Below the pieces are notes generated by a model. It did not search any database. It saw nothing but the letters and a program-made list of their open reading frames with translations, and was not told where the DNA came from. The translations under genes were made by a program, and so were the position numbers. From Actinomycetota bacterium (GTDB lineage: Bacteria; Actinomycetota; Humimicrobiia; Humimicrobiales; Humimicrobiaceae), in assembly GCA_003563375.1 (NCBI GenBank), contig PWSB01000204.1, forward strand, positions 1 to 32,104: DNA of 32,104 bases, read 5' to 3'. Below are positions 23,004 to 31,244 of this stretch, piece by piece. The first letter of the stretch is position 1; every line of letters starts with the position of its first letter.

Positions 23004-24134
23004 ATGAAATATGAATGCTTGTGCCGTATTCCAAGCAGGACCGGGATATTTAAATTAATATATGGTGATGGCAAAATCAAATCGCTAAAGCCTGTGGAGG
23101 CTTTGAATGTGACAGAGTATGATATCCTTTGGCTTACTGCGGGCTTATTTGATATGCAGGTAAATGGTATGATGGGACATTTCCTATCTTCAGATGATTT
23201 AAATGTCAAAAAAATCTTAGAGATTGACAGAGAACTTGAAAAAAGAGGGACTCTGTTTTGGTGTCCAACCATTTGCACTCAAGAAACCAGGATTGTCAAA
23301 AAAAACTTAAAAATATTGAAAAGGGCAATTGAGCAAAAAACGCGGACCGGGATTTTTGGTATTCACATGGAAGGCCACTACATATCAGATTTAGAAGGCT
23401 ATAGAGGCGTTCATTCTCCTGAGTACATAAGGGATCCAGACATTGGTGAATTTAATGAATGGCAAGAAGCCTCCGGAGGCAATATAAGGCTCTTTTCACT
23501 AGCACCAGAAAGAAATGGGGGTATCGATTTTATTAAATATTTGAGAAATCAAGGCATAAAGGCCGGCTTGGCTCATCATTCTGCAGAATACAGCTTGATC
23601 CTGGAAGCAGTAGCTATGGGAGCAGACCTGGCCACGCATTTGATCAATGGCTGTGTTCCTTTCATACACAGGCAGCATAATGTGATATGGTCTCAGTTAT
23701 CAATAGATGAGTTGTGGGCTAGTTTTATTGCAGACGGCCATCACATCCCGCATTATACTTTAAGAGCTGCAATAAAAGCAAAAGGCACCAATAGGTCAAT
23801 ACTGATATCTGACCTATTTTATCTTTCAGGTTTACCCGAAGGGACGTATATATCGGAATCAAATAGGAAGGAAGTAATACTTAAAGACGATGGTTTATGG
23901 ATAAAGGATGAAGATATGTTATGTGGGGCCGCAAAGACCTTGGACAGGGGAGTTGAGTTTATTGCAAGGTATTGCAACTTCAGTATTGAAGATGCCCTGG
24001 TAATGGCTTCAATAAATCCAGCCCTTTATTTTGGGATTGAAGATAAGATGATGATCTACCCGGGCAGAAAAGGGCCCTTAGCAGTATTTGCCTGGAAGAA
24101 TAATAAGCTAGAAGTCGAAAAAATCTTAAAGTGA
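23004..24134 (+). CDS. NagA/AgaA-like amidohydrolase (N-acetylhexosamine-6-phosphate deacetylase family, mononuclear Q-x-N subtype)
   Basis: 376 aa. It has FDMQVNG (Gln52/Asn54 replace the H-x-H pair, as in E. coli NagA), HMEGHY, LAHHS, THLINGC, ADGHHIP and LISD. SD GAGGAAG lies upstream. Confidence 0.7.
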   Translation: MKYECLCRIPSRTGIFKLIYGDGKIKSLKPVEALNVTEYDILWLTAGLFDMQVNGMMGHFLSSDDLNVKKILEIDRELEKRGTLFWCPTICTQETRIVKKNLKILKRAIEQKTRTGIFGIHMEGHYISDLEGYRGVHSPEYIRDPDIGEFNEWQEASGGNIRLFSLAPERNGGIDFIKYLRNQGIKAGLAHHSAEYSLILEAVAMGADLATHLINGCVPFIHRQHNVIWSQLSIDELWASFIADGHHIPHYTLRAAIKAKGTNRSILISDLFYLSGLPEGTYISESNRKEVILKDDGLWIKDEDMLCGAAKTLDRGVEFIARYCNFSIEDALVMASINPALYFGIEDKMMIYPGRKGPLAVFAWKNNKLEVEKILK

Positions 24135-24151
24135 CAACTGCTTATCATTTC

Positions 24152-24928
24152 TCATATTATTCTTGAAGCTGATTCCATATCTAAAAACAACTTGGCCTTT
24201 TTAGTCTTACGAAGGATTGAAGCAGGAAACTTAGGGTCTACAGGTTTATTTAAAGTTGAATATACAGCCCCTGACTTTCTGCTTTCGGGGACAATGCAAA
24301 ATATTCTTTTTGCTGCCAGTAATCCCGGAATTGTGACAGAAATCGCATGAGTGGGGACATCCTTTATAGATTTGAAATGCCCCTCGTTGATCTGTTGCTG
24401 ACGGCTTTTCTCTTCCAGTTTTACAACCTTTACCCAAACAGGATCTTCAAAATCTGCAACACCGGGTTCATTAAATGCAAGATGCCCGTTTTCACCTATA
24501 CCTGCGCAACAGACATCTATGGGATGGGCTTTAAGCAGATATTCATAACCTCTGCAGGCAGTTTCTGGATCTTGGGGATGACCAGGGACAGGGAAAAACG
24601 AACTTACATTAGCATGACGCAAAAAATTTTTTTTCAAATATGATGAAAAACTGGCGGGGTGTTCAAAGGGTAGATCAAGATATTCATCTAAATGGAAAAT
24701 ATTTACGGCGGGCCAATAAATATCTTTTATTTTGGTCAATTTCTTTAAAAAGCTTAGCTGTGAATTGCCTGTGGCCAGCATTATGTTTGCGATGTTTTTA
24801 CTACTGATAGCCTCTTTTATAGCGGCAGCGGCTTCTTCTGCTGCAGCTTCACCCATTTGCTGGTTTGTTTGATATATCTCTATGCTTAGATCATCGACTG
24901 TCTTTTCGTGCAATAAACCAGTCCCCAT
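24152..24928 (-). CDS. nagB: Glucosamine-6-phosphate deaminase
   Basis: 258 aa. It has LATGNSQ, HLDEY and GIGENGHLAFNEPG. SD AAGGAGG lies on the minus strand just upstream of the start. Confidence 0.85.
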   Translation of the reverse strand: MGTGLLHEKTVDDLSIEIYQTNQQMGEAAAEEAAAAIKEAISSKNIANIMLATGNSQLSFLKKLTKIKDIYWPAVNIFHLDEYLDLPFEHPASFSSYLKKNFLRHANVSSFFPVPGHPQDPETACRGYEYLLKAHPIDVCCAGIGENGHLAFNEPGVADFEDPVWVKVVKLEEKSRQQQINEGHFKSIKDVPTHAISVTIPGLLAAKRIFCIVPESRKSGAVYSTLNKPVDPKFPASILRKTKKAKLFLDMESASRII

Positions 24929-25193
24929 AAAAACCTCCTTTTTTAGAATTAAGCCTAATGAACACTAATTATTTAAATTATCCTGGGAGGATCCGCTCCG
25001 GCCCAAGTACTATCATGAAGTCCCTAAGCCTCCTATTAAGCACCAAACCGGATTTATGGTATCATAAATTTGGGAGACTAACAATTCCTCTTTTTAATAA
25101 AAAATTTACCTATGTGGCATATCCGGGATAGTGAAGAATAAGTTGGCCAGTGAAACTGTTATGGGAATGGTGATTTCACTATCAAAGAAAAAT

Positions 25194-25243
25194 TTGACAA
25201 TATTCAATATATTATCTTATAATTAATTATGCAAACGTTTTAA
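25194..25243 (+). promoter_or_regulatory. Near-consensus promoter TTGACA-18-TATAAT followed by a LacI/CcpA-type half-palindrome TGCAAACGTTTTAA
   Basis: TTGACA lies at 25194-25199 and TATAAT at 25218-25223. The 14-mer at 25230-25243 is CG-centred and is symmetric at 5 of its 7 base pairs. It sits about 335 nt upstream of the SBP start. Confidence 0.45.
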
Positions 25244-25577
25244 ATTTCTGTGGCCTATTGTTATTTTAATCAATTTTAGTATATTTTTGGATTATAAGAG
25301 GTTTAAGGATTTAAAAGATGAATTCTGACAAACTTAAGTCCCCAAAACGAAATTTATTTACCAGAGAAATTTCATGTGACAGAATTTATAACATGTCTCC
25401 TAAATATACCCATACAGGAAATCTAGTTATATGACGAAACTTTTAGAGAAAGAACTATATAAAGCTTACATAAGGTTTTAAGAATTTCAGTAACAGGAGG
25501 TGATATCATCAAAAGACCAATGGGATTTGTTTATATAAATAAATTCCAACATAATTAAAAAAATTGGGGGAGGAAAA

Positions 25578-26672
25578 ATGAAAAAAATAATATTATGTAC
25601 TCTGGTTGTTGTATTTGTTTCAACGCTTACTTTTCTAGGGACAGGTTGTAGGCCCGCAGCTGTAGAAGAAGAGCCTACTGCCGAAGAGCCTGCAGCCGAA
25701 GAGCCTGCAGCCGAGGAGCTTGTAGAAGAGCCTACTGCTGAAGAACCTGCAGCCGAAGAGCCTGTAGTGGTCGCAGAAGAGGATTTAAAATTCATACATA
25801 TCAACGCTAGTGATCCTGCAGATCCTTTTATATCCAAAATAAGTGTGGGTTGGAATGAGGCAGTAGAGAAATTAGGGGTAGATTCAGATGAACGATTCGC
25901 TTATGGAGACGTATCAACGATGATAGATTATACCAATGCAGCCATTGCAGAAAATGTGGACGGTATTTTTGTATTTAACAGTCTTGATGCAGATGCCCTG
26001 CACCCGTCTGTGGAGCAGGCTCTTGACAATGGGATTGCATTTGCTCTGGTGAGTTCCAGGGATCCTGTATTTGGTCCCGAAGACGTTTCTTTTGTAGGCT
26101 TTGACCTTGAAGAACAAGGATATACATCAGGCGAATGGCTGGCAGAACAATTGACAGAAGAAGGAAGGACAACTGATGTAAACGTTGGTATAATGGCAGA
26201 ATTTAATGCACCATATTCTCAAATGAGGAGTGCAGGGATTCTTGCAGCATTGGATGATGCAGGGATAACTTATAATGCCTCAGAAATTTATGAGGTCGGC
26301 GTAGACCTTGGAGAAGCGGTAAATATCGTTCAGTCTTATATGCTAGCTAATCCTGATACAGATGTTCTTTTGGGAATGGGCAGTTTGTCCAGCCCGGCAT
26401 GTGTAATGGTATTGCAGGATCTGGGATATGAACCAGGAGAGACCATATGGGCTGGTTTTGACCTTGCTCCTGAAGTTGTAACCGGAATAGAAGCTGGATA
26501 CGGAGCCAGTAATGTGGATGAGGTGTTCAACTACGGCTTCCTACCGGCTATTGCACTTTACCTGAGAGCGAAATATGATTTCCAGGTTGGAGACCTACCA
26601 GTTGCTACAGTAATGGTAGATTCCACCAATATTGAAGGATTTCTATATTGGGTAGACCAGGGAATAAAGTAA
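25578..26672 (+). CDS. Sugar ABC transporter substrate-binding lipoprotein (PBP type 1, CUT2-like) with a repetitive acidic linker
   Basis: 364 aa. It has a signal peptide with Cys24 (FLGTGC), a roughly 45-aa Glu/Pro/Ala linker, then a PBP1 core. SD GGGGGAGG lies upstream. Confidence 0.85.
   Translation: MKKIILCTLVVVFVSTLTFLGTGCRPAAVEEEPTAEEPAAEEPAAEELVEEPTAEEPAAEEPVVVAEEDLKFIHINASDPADPFISKISVGWNEAVEKLGVDSDERFAYGDVSTMIDYTNAAIAENVDGIFVFNSLDADALHPSVEQALDNGIAFALVSSRDPVFGPEDVSFVGFDLEEQGYTSGEWLAEQLTEEGRTTDVNVGIMAEFNAPYSQMRSAGILAALDDAGITYNASEIYEVGVDLGEAVNIVQSYMLANPDTDVLLGMGSLSSPACVMVLQDLGYEPGETIWAGFDLAPEVVTGIEAGYGASNVDEVFNYGFLPAIALYLRAKYDFQVGDLPVATVMVDSTNIEGFLYWVDQGIK
25662..25781 (+). repeat. In-frame tandem repeat encoding the (V/A)EEP(T/A)A linker
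   Basis: The exact 15-nt unit GCCGAAGAGCCTGCA occurs at 25680-25694 and 25695-25709, with a degenerate third unit at 25710-25724. At a higher order there are two 20-codon units, VEEEPTAEEPAAEEPAAEEL and VEEPTAEEPAAEEPVVVAEE. Confidence 0.85.
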
Positions 26673-26690
26673 ATCCCTTAGCTCTAGTAA

Positions 26691-26728
26691 CGGCAGGGAG
26701 TAGGAATTCTACTCCTTGCCGCTTTTTT
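26691..26728 (+). terminator. Rho-independent terminator/attenuator between the SBP and permease genes
   Basis: CGGCAGGGAGTAG (26691-26703) pairs with CTACTCCTTGCCG (26709-26721) to form a 13-bp stem with one G-U pair and a 5-nt loop. It is followed by CTTTTTT (26722-26728). Confidence 0.75.
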
Positions 26729-26781
26729 AAATTTGAGAAAAAGCTTTTAGATTCAATATATTACTTCTGAAAGGCGGCAGG

Positions 26782-27783
26782 ATGAATGACAGGACCACCA
26801 AAAATATAGGGAATTTGAATAATAAAAGTATAGCTAGCAGGATTGGGGCGATAAGAGAAATAATAATCTTTGGGCTGACAGTTGGTTTATTTATAATTTT
26901 TTATTTCACGACCAGAGGTATTATGTTTGCCCCTGCTACTTTAAGGATAATATTTGTTGCTGTTGCTGAATTAGGGCTGGTAGCTATTGGCATAACTATG
27001 TTAATCATAGCTGGAGAATTTGACCTTTCTGTTGGCTCAATATCAGCTATGGGTGCTCTATTGGCTGCCAGGTTTTATCAAATGGGAGTTAATCCGTTTT
27101 TAGCCCTTGGTATCTCTTTGATTGCGGGTATTGCCCTAGGTGGTTTTAATGGTTTTATAACGGTTAGGTTTAAGCTGCCATCCTTCATAATAACGTTGGC
27201 CACCATGATTGGTTACAGGGGCCTGATTTACGTGATCACCGAAGGAGTACCGATAGGTTTCAGGGTTATAGACACTCATCCCGGCTTTCACAGGTTGCTT
27301 ACGGGTATGCTGACAGTGATTCCTATTCCTTTGATCTGGCTTGTAGTGGGTACTGTGATCCTTATATTGCTGTTGAATTTTCGAAGGTTTGGTAACCATG
27401 TCTATGCTGTAGGGGGACACAAGGAAACAGCAAGGGCAATGGGAATAAATATAAATAAAACAAAAATGATCTGTTTCATGATTTTAGGGATGCTTTCTTC
27501 TTTTGCAGGGGTAATGAGAGTAACCCGTATAAGAAGTTTTCATTCGCTGCAGGGAGAGGGGATAGCCTTGCTGGCTATTGCTGCTGCAGTGATAGGAGGG
27601 ACTCTCCTTCAAGGCGGTGTAGGAACAATACTGGGTGCTGTACTGGGAACTATTGTCATCGTGCTGATAGAATATGGCCTTATAATGTCTGGGGTTGGTG
27701 CATATATGTACAACCTTGTTTTGGGAGCTGTTATTATAATAGTTGTAATATTAAACAATGTTATTGAACAAAGGAGAACATGA
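26782..27783 (+). CDS. Sugar ABC transporter permease (RbsC-like)
   Basis: 333-aa polytopic protein with the motif IAGEFDLSVGSISAM. Its stop overlaps the ATPase start (ATGA at 27780-27783). Confidence 0.9.
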   Translation: MNDRTTKNIGNLNNKSIASRIGAIREIIIFGLTVGLFIIFYFTTRGIMFAPATLRIIFVAVAELGLVAIGITMLIIAGEFDLSVGSISAMGALLAARFYQMGVNPFLALGISLIAGIALGGFNGFITVRFKLPSFIITLATMIGYRGLIYVITEGVPIGFRVIDTHPGFHRLLTGMLTVIPIPLIWLVVGTVILILLLNFRRFGNHVYAVGGHKETARAMGININKTKMICFMILGMLSSFAGVMRVTRIRSFHSLQGEGIALLAIAAAVIGGTLLQGGVGTILGAVLGTIVIVLIEYGLIMSGVGAYMYNLVLGAVIIIVVILNNVIEQRRT

Positions 27784-28511
27784 TGGAACAGGTTTCCCTG
27801 CTGGAAACTAAAAATATTCATAAATGGTATGGAAAAATACACGCTGTAAATGGGGTAAGTTTTACGATAGATAAAGGTGAAATTCTAGGATTGATAGGAG
27901 ACAACGGGGCGGGGAAATCATCTTTATTAAAAGTTCTGTCAGGATATCATTGTCAGGACCAGGGAGAGATCTTCATAGAAGGGGAAAAGGTGGTCATCAA
28001 CTCCCCAGCTGATGCCAGAGAGCTTGGGATTGAGACAGTCTATCAAGAAAGGGCATTGGTGGATTCTATGAGTTTGGCCAGAAACTTTTATATGGGTAGA
28101 GAACCTGTGAATAGAGCAGGATTCTTAAACAAAAGAAAAATGGCAGAATGCATAGATGTATTAAAAGAAATAGGGCTTACAATTAACTCTCCAGACTATC
28201 TTGTCGCCAATCTCTCAGGAGGCCAGAGACAGGGTGTGGCGATAGGCAGGGCAATGTATTTTAAGGCTAAAATGGTTCTTCTGGATGAACCCACAACGGC
28301 TTTGTCGGTAAAAGAAGTGCACAGGGTGCTGGATTTAGTGCTTGAATTTAAAGCCGCGGGGATTGCTGTAATCTTTATCACCCACAATATTCAACATGTT
28401 TATGATATCTCTGACAGGTTCTTGATATTAGAAAATGGAGAAAAAATAAAGGATATCGAGAAGGCCGGTACGTCTGTGAAGGAACTCTCAGAAGTCTTAA
28501 TGGGTGAATAA
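27780..28511 (+). CDS. ABC transporter ATP-binding protein, single-domain type
   Basis: 243 aa. It has Walker A GDNGAGKSS, signature LSGGQRQ and Walker B LLDEPTTAL. There is only one nucleotide-binding domain. Confidence 0.9.
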   Translation: MMEQVSLLETKNIHKWYGKIHAVNGVSFTIDKGEILGLIGDNGAGKSSLLKVLSGYHCQDQGEIFIEGEKVVINSPADARELGIETVYQERALVDSMSLARNFYMGREPVNRAGFLNKRKMAECIDVLKEIGLTINSPDYLVANLSGGQRQGVAIGRAMYFKAKMVLLDEPTTALSVKEVHRVLDLVLEFKAAGIAVIFITHNIQHVYDISDRFLILENGEKIKDIEKAGTSVKELSEVLMGE

Positions 28512-29984
28512 ATGCCTGAATACATGCTTGGGGTTGATATTGGTACCGGTAGCTGTAAAGCCACTATCCTTAGCAATGAGGGTAATATCATTGCTACATG
28601 TTCAAATAAATATAATACCCATTACCCTAAAAGGGGATGGGCTGAACAAAATCCCCAGGATTGGTATCAAGCATTAAAGCGCTCCCTGCATCATATTTTT
28701 GATAATACAGGCCTCAAAAAAAAAGACATAGTCTCGATCGGGATAGACGGGATGATGAACAGCCCTGTTTTCCTAGACCAAGAGGGCAGGATACTCCGCT
28801 CGACTATCATCTGGATGGACCAAAGAAGCGAGGCCCAAGTTAAATGGTTGAAAAAAAACTTAAAAAATAATATAAAATTTCCTATTACTTCTACTACACT
28901 TCTCAGCAAAGCCATGTGGTTAAAGGAAAATCAACCTGGTATATGGAAGAAAGTATGGAAGATCCTTTTGCCTAAAGATTTCATCAGGTTTAAATTAAGC
29001 AATTCTTTTGTCACTGATTTCTCAGATGCTTCAGCTACCCATTTATTCGATGTAGAAAAACTTACCTGGTCCGATGAGATCATTGGAATAACAGGTATAG
29101 ACAAGAAAAAACTCCCTGAAGCTGTTTCGTCTACAGAAATTGCCGGCCGCCTGTCCAAGGGTCCAGCTGAGGAATTAGGATTGCAGGAAGGAACCCCTAT
29201 AATAGCTGGTTGTTCTGATTCAGCATCTGATAATCTTACTGCAGGGGTAATATATGCAAATCAGTGTTTGATCAGGCTTGGCACCTGTGGTGCATTATTC
29301 ATGCTGATAGACAAATTGCCTGCCGGGCAATCAGAGCGATACTACATAATTGTACATTCCGTACCTGACAGGTGGATGATACATCTAGCCACACCGGCAG
29401 GTCTTGCAATAGAATGGTTCAAGCAGGCCTTTTGCGGGCAGGATTCTGTTATTACTAATGAAACATTTGATGCTAGGGCCAAAGGGATCCCGCCAGGTTC
29501 ACATGGCCTTATTTTTCACCCTTACCTATCAGGGGAACACACTCCTCGTGAAGGGTTTGACCTGAGGGGAGATTTTGTCGGAATAAATCATAAGCATACA
29601 AATGATCATTTTTTCAGGGCTGTATTGGAAGGCATCTCATTTTCCATCAAGGAGTGTTTTGAGACATTTGAAGAAATAAACCCACAAATTAAGTCTATCA
29701 GGGCAGTGGGCGGGGGGATGAAAAGCAGACTATGGCGGGAGATCTTAACAAATATCATCGGCAAAGAAATGGAACTCCCTGTTTTTGAGGACCCATCGTT
29801 TGGGTCGGGGCTGCTGGGAGGGATAGGGGTCGGCCTCTTTGAGGATTTTGAAGATGCTGTAAAAAAATGCGTCCAAATAAAAGAAAGAGTAAAACCCGAT
29901 AAATCAATTCAAATAAAGTATAGCGAGGCCTTTGATTTATATAAAAACGTACTTGATAGACTGCAGGACCTATTATGGATATAG
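28512..29984 (+). CDS. FGGY-family carbohydrate kinase (xylulokinase-like)
   Basis: 490 aa. It has MLGVDIGTGSCKATI, GWAEQNPQDWY and the C-terminal GGGMKSRLWREILTNIIG. The start codon directly abuts the ATPase stop (TAA-ATG). Confidence 0.85.
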   Translation: MPEYMLGVDIGTGSCKATILSNEGNIIATCSNKYNTHYPKRGWAEQNPQDWYQALKRSLHHIFDNTGLKKKDIVSIGIDGMMNSPVFLDQEGRILRSTIIWMDQRSEAQVKWLKKNLKNNIKFPITSTTLLSKAMWLKENQPGIWKKVWKILLPKDFIRFKLSNSFVTDFSDASATHLFDVEKLTWSDEIIGITGIDKKKLPEAVSSTEIAGRLSKGPAEELGLQEGTPIIAGCSDSASDNLTAGVIYANQCLIRLGTCGALFMLIDKLPAGQSERYYIIVHSVPDRWMIHLATPAGLAIEWFKQAFCGQDSVITNETFDARAKGIPPGSHGLIFHPYLSGEHTPREGFDLRGDFVGINHKHTNDHFFRAVLEGISFSIKECFETFEEINPQIKSIRAVGGGMKSRLWREILTNIIGKEMELPVFEDPSFGSGLLGGIGVGLFEDFEDAVKKCVQIKERVKPDKSIQIKYSEAFDLYKNVLDRLQDLLWI

Positions 29985-30045
29985 GATTTTAGGAAGTAAT
30001 TGGCCTGACCTACAAAATGCCATCATGTCCTTATAAGGAGTTTAA

Positions 30046-31203
30046 ATGAATAGCAGAGAGAGAGTTTTAGAAACACTTAAGCACCGCGAGCCAGATTTAA
30101 TACCTTTCGATATAGGAGGAGCACCGAACACTAATATACATATAATCTCTTATCGCAACCTATTAAGATATCTGGGAGACAATAGAGAAGTAAAGCTGGG
30201 AGATGCAATTTTTCAGACGTCATTGATAGACGAAGATATTCTACAGCGGTTAAAGGTTGACCTGCGGGGGCTGGACTTTGCTGTCTTTGGTTCAGAGAAG
30301 ATCCACAATGAGCTAAAAGAAGATGAGAAATACTTTTATTTCACCGGGGATTGGGGCATTGACTGGGTCATGCCCAAAACCAATGGACTATATTTTGACA
30401 TAAGGCGGCGGCCTTTATCCGGCAGGATTGACAGCAGGGATGTGGATGCAATAGATGTCCCCGGCATGCCTAGCCAGGAAGAAATCGAAATCTTTAAAAA
30501 GAAAGCAAATTATTTTAAAGAAAGTGGTTTGGCAGTGGTGCTTGCGGGACCTGACGGGGGCATACTAGAACATGCCTTTGCTATCAGGGGCCATGAAGAT
30601 TTTTTAATCGACCTGCTCTCAGAACCCGGCTTGGCAAAAAGGTTGCTTGATAAGATTTTAAGATATAAGCTAAACTACTGGGAACTTATGCTTGAACAAA
30701 TGGGGGACCTTATAGATATAGTTTCAGAAGGGGATGATATAGCCACCCAAAAAGGCATGATAATGAGTCCCCAGCTGTACCGGGATATGCTTAAACCATT
30801 TCACCGTGAACTTTTTTCTTTCATTAAAAAAAATGCAAAAAAACCGCTGTTCATAAATTTCCATTCCTGCGGAGCCATCAAAGAGCTTATCCCAGACTTT
30901 ATCGAGGCAGGAATAAATTCCTTGCACCCTGTACAGGTTAGTGCAAAAGGCATGGATACAAAGGAACTGAAAAAAGAGTTTGGGGACGACCTGACCTTTT
31001 GGGGAGGGGGTATTGACACCCAACATGTATTATCACGGGGCACGACAGAAGAAGTAAAGGATGAAGTAAAAAGGAGGATAGACGATTTAGCTCCGGGAGG
31101 CGGCTTCATATTTGCAGCCGTACATAATATCCAGGCAGATGTACCCCCTGAGAATATCATGGCTATGTGGGAGACGTTCAATGAGTTTAGGAGTTATAAA
31201 TAA
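30046..31203 (+). CDS. URO-D/MtaA-like fold protein, paralogue 2. Function unknown and probably sugar-related.
   Basis: 385 aa. It is a paralogue of 4830-5921. It has H273-S-C275 (FHSCG, 30862-30870) at the position of the MT2 zinc H-x-C motif, and the C-terminal block LAPGGGFIFAAVHNIQADVPPENIMAMW. SD AAGGAG lies upstream. Confidence 0.7.
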   Translation: MNSRERVLETLKHREPDLIPFDIGGAPNTNIHIISYRNLLRYLGDNREVKLGDAIFQTSLIDEDILQRLKVDLRGLDFAVFGSEKIHNELKEDEKYFYFTGDWGIDWVMPKTNGLYFDIRRRPLSGRIDSRDVDAIDVPGMPSQEEIEIFKKKANYFKESGLAVVLAGPDGGILEHAFAIRGHEDFLIDLLSEPGLAKRLLDKILRYKLNYWELMLEQMGDLIDIVSEGDDIATQKGMIMSPQLYRDMLKPFHRELFSFIKKNAKKPLFINFHSCGAIKELIPDFIEAGINSLHPVQVSAKGMDTKELKKEFGDDLTFWGGGIDTQHVLSRGTTEEVKDEVKRRIDDLAPGGGFIFAAVHNIQADVPPENIMAMWETFNEFRSYK

Positions 31204-31244
31204 ATCAGGACCCAGGGCAATTTAATTTTGGCCAGGAGGGATAT

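Noticed and set aside
25318-25434. Calling the 38-codon ORF in the SBP2 leader as a gene.
   Set aside because: It has only a modest SD and no similarity I can recognise, and conservation cannot be checked here. It is kept as a hypothesis in the findings but not listed as a feature.
25487-25837. A 116-aa minus-strand ORF with Ser/Ala-rich repeats (SSAAGSSAVGSS...). The similar 5961-6152 ORF lies opposite SBP1.
   Set aside because: It is the antisense reading of the GAA/GAG/CCT/GCA linker repeats of the SBP gene, so the repeat periodicity creates an artefactual open frame.
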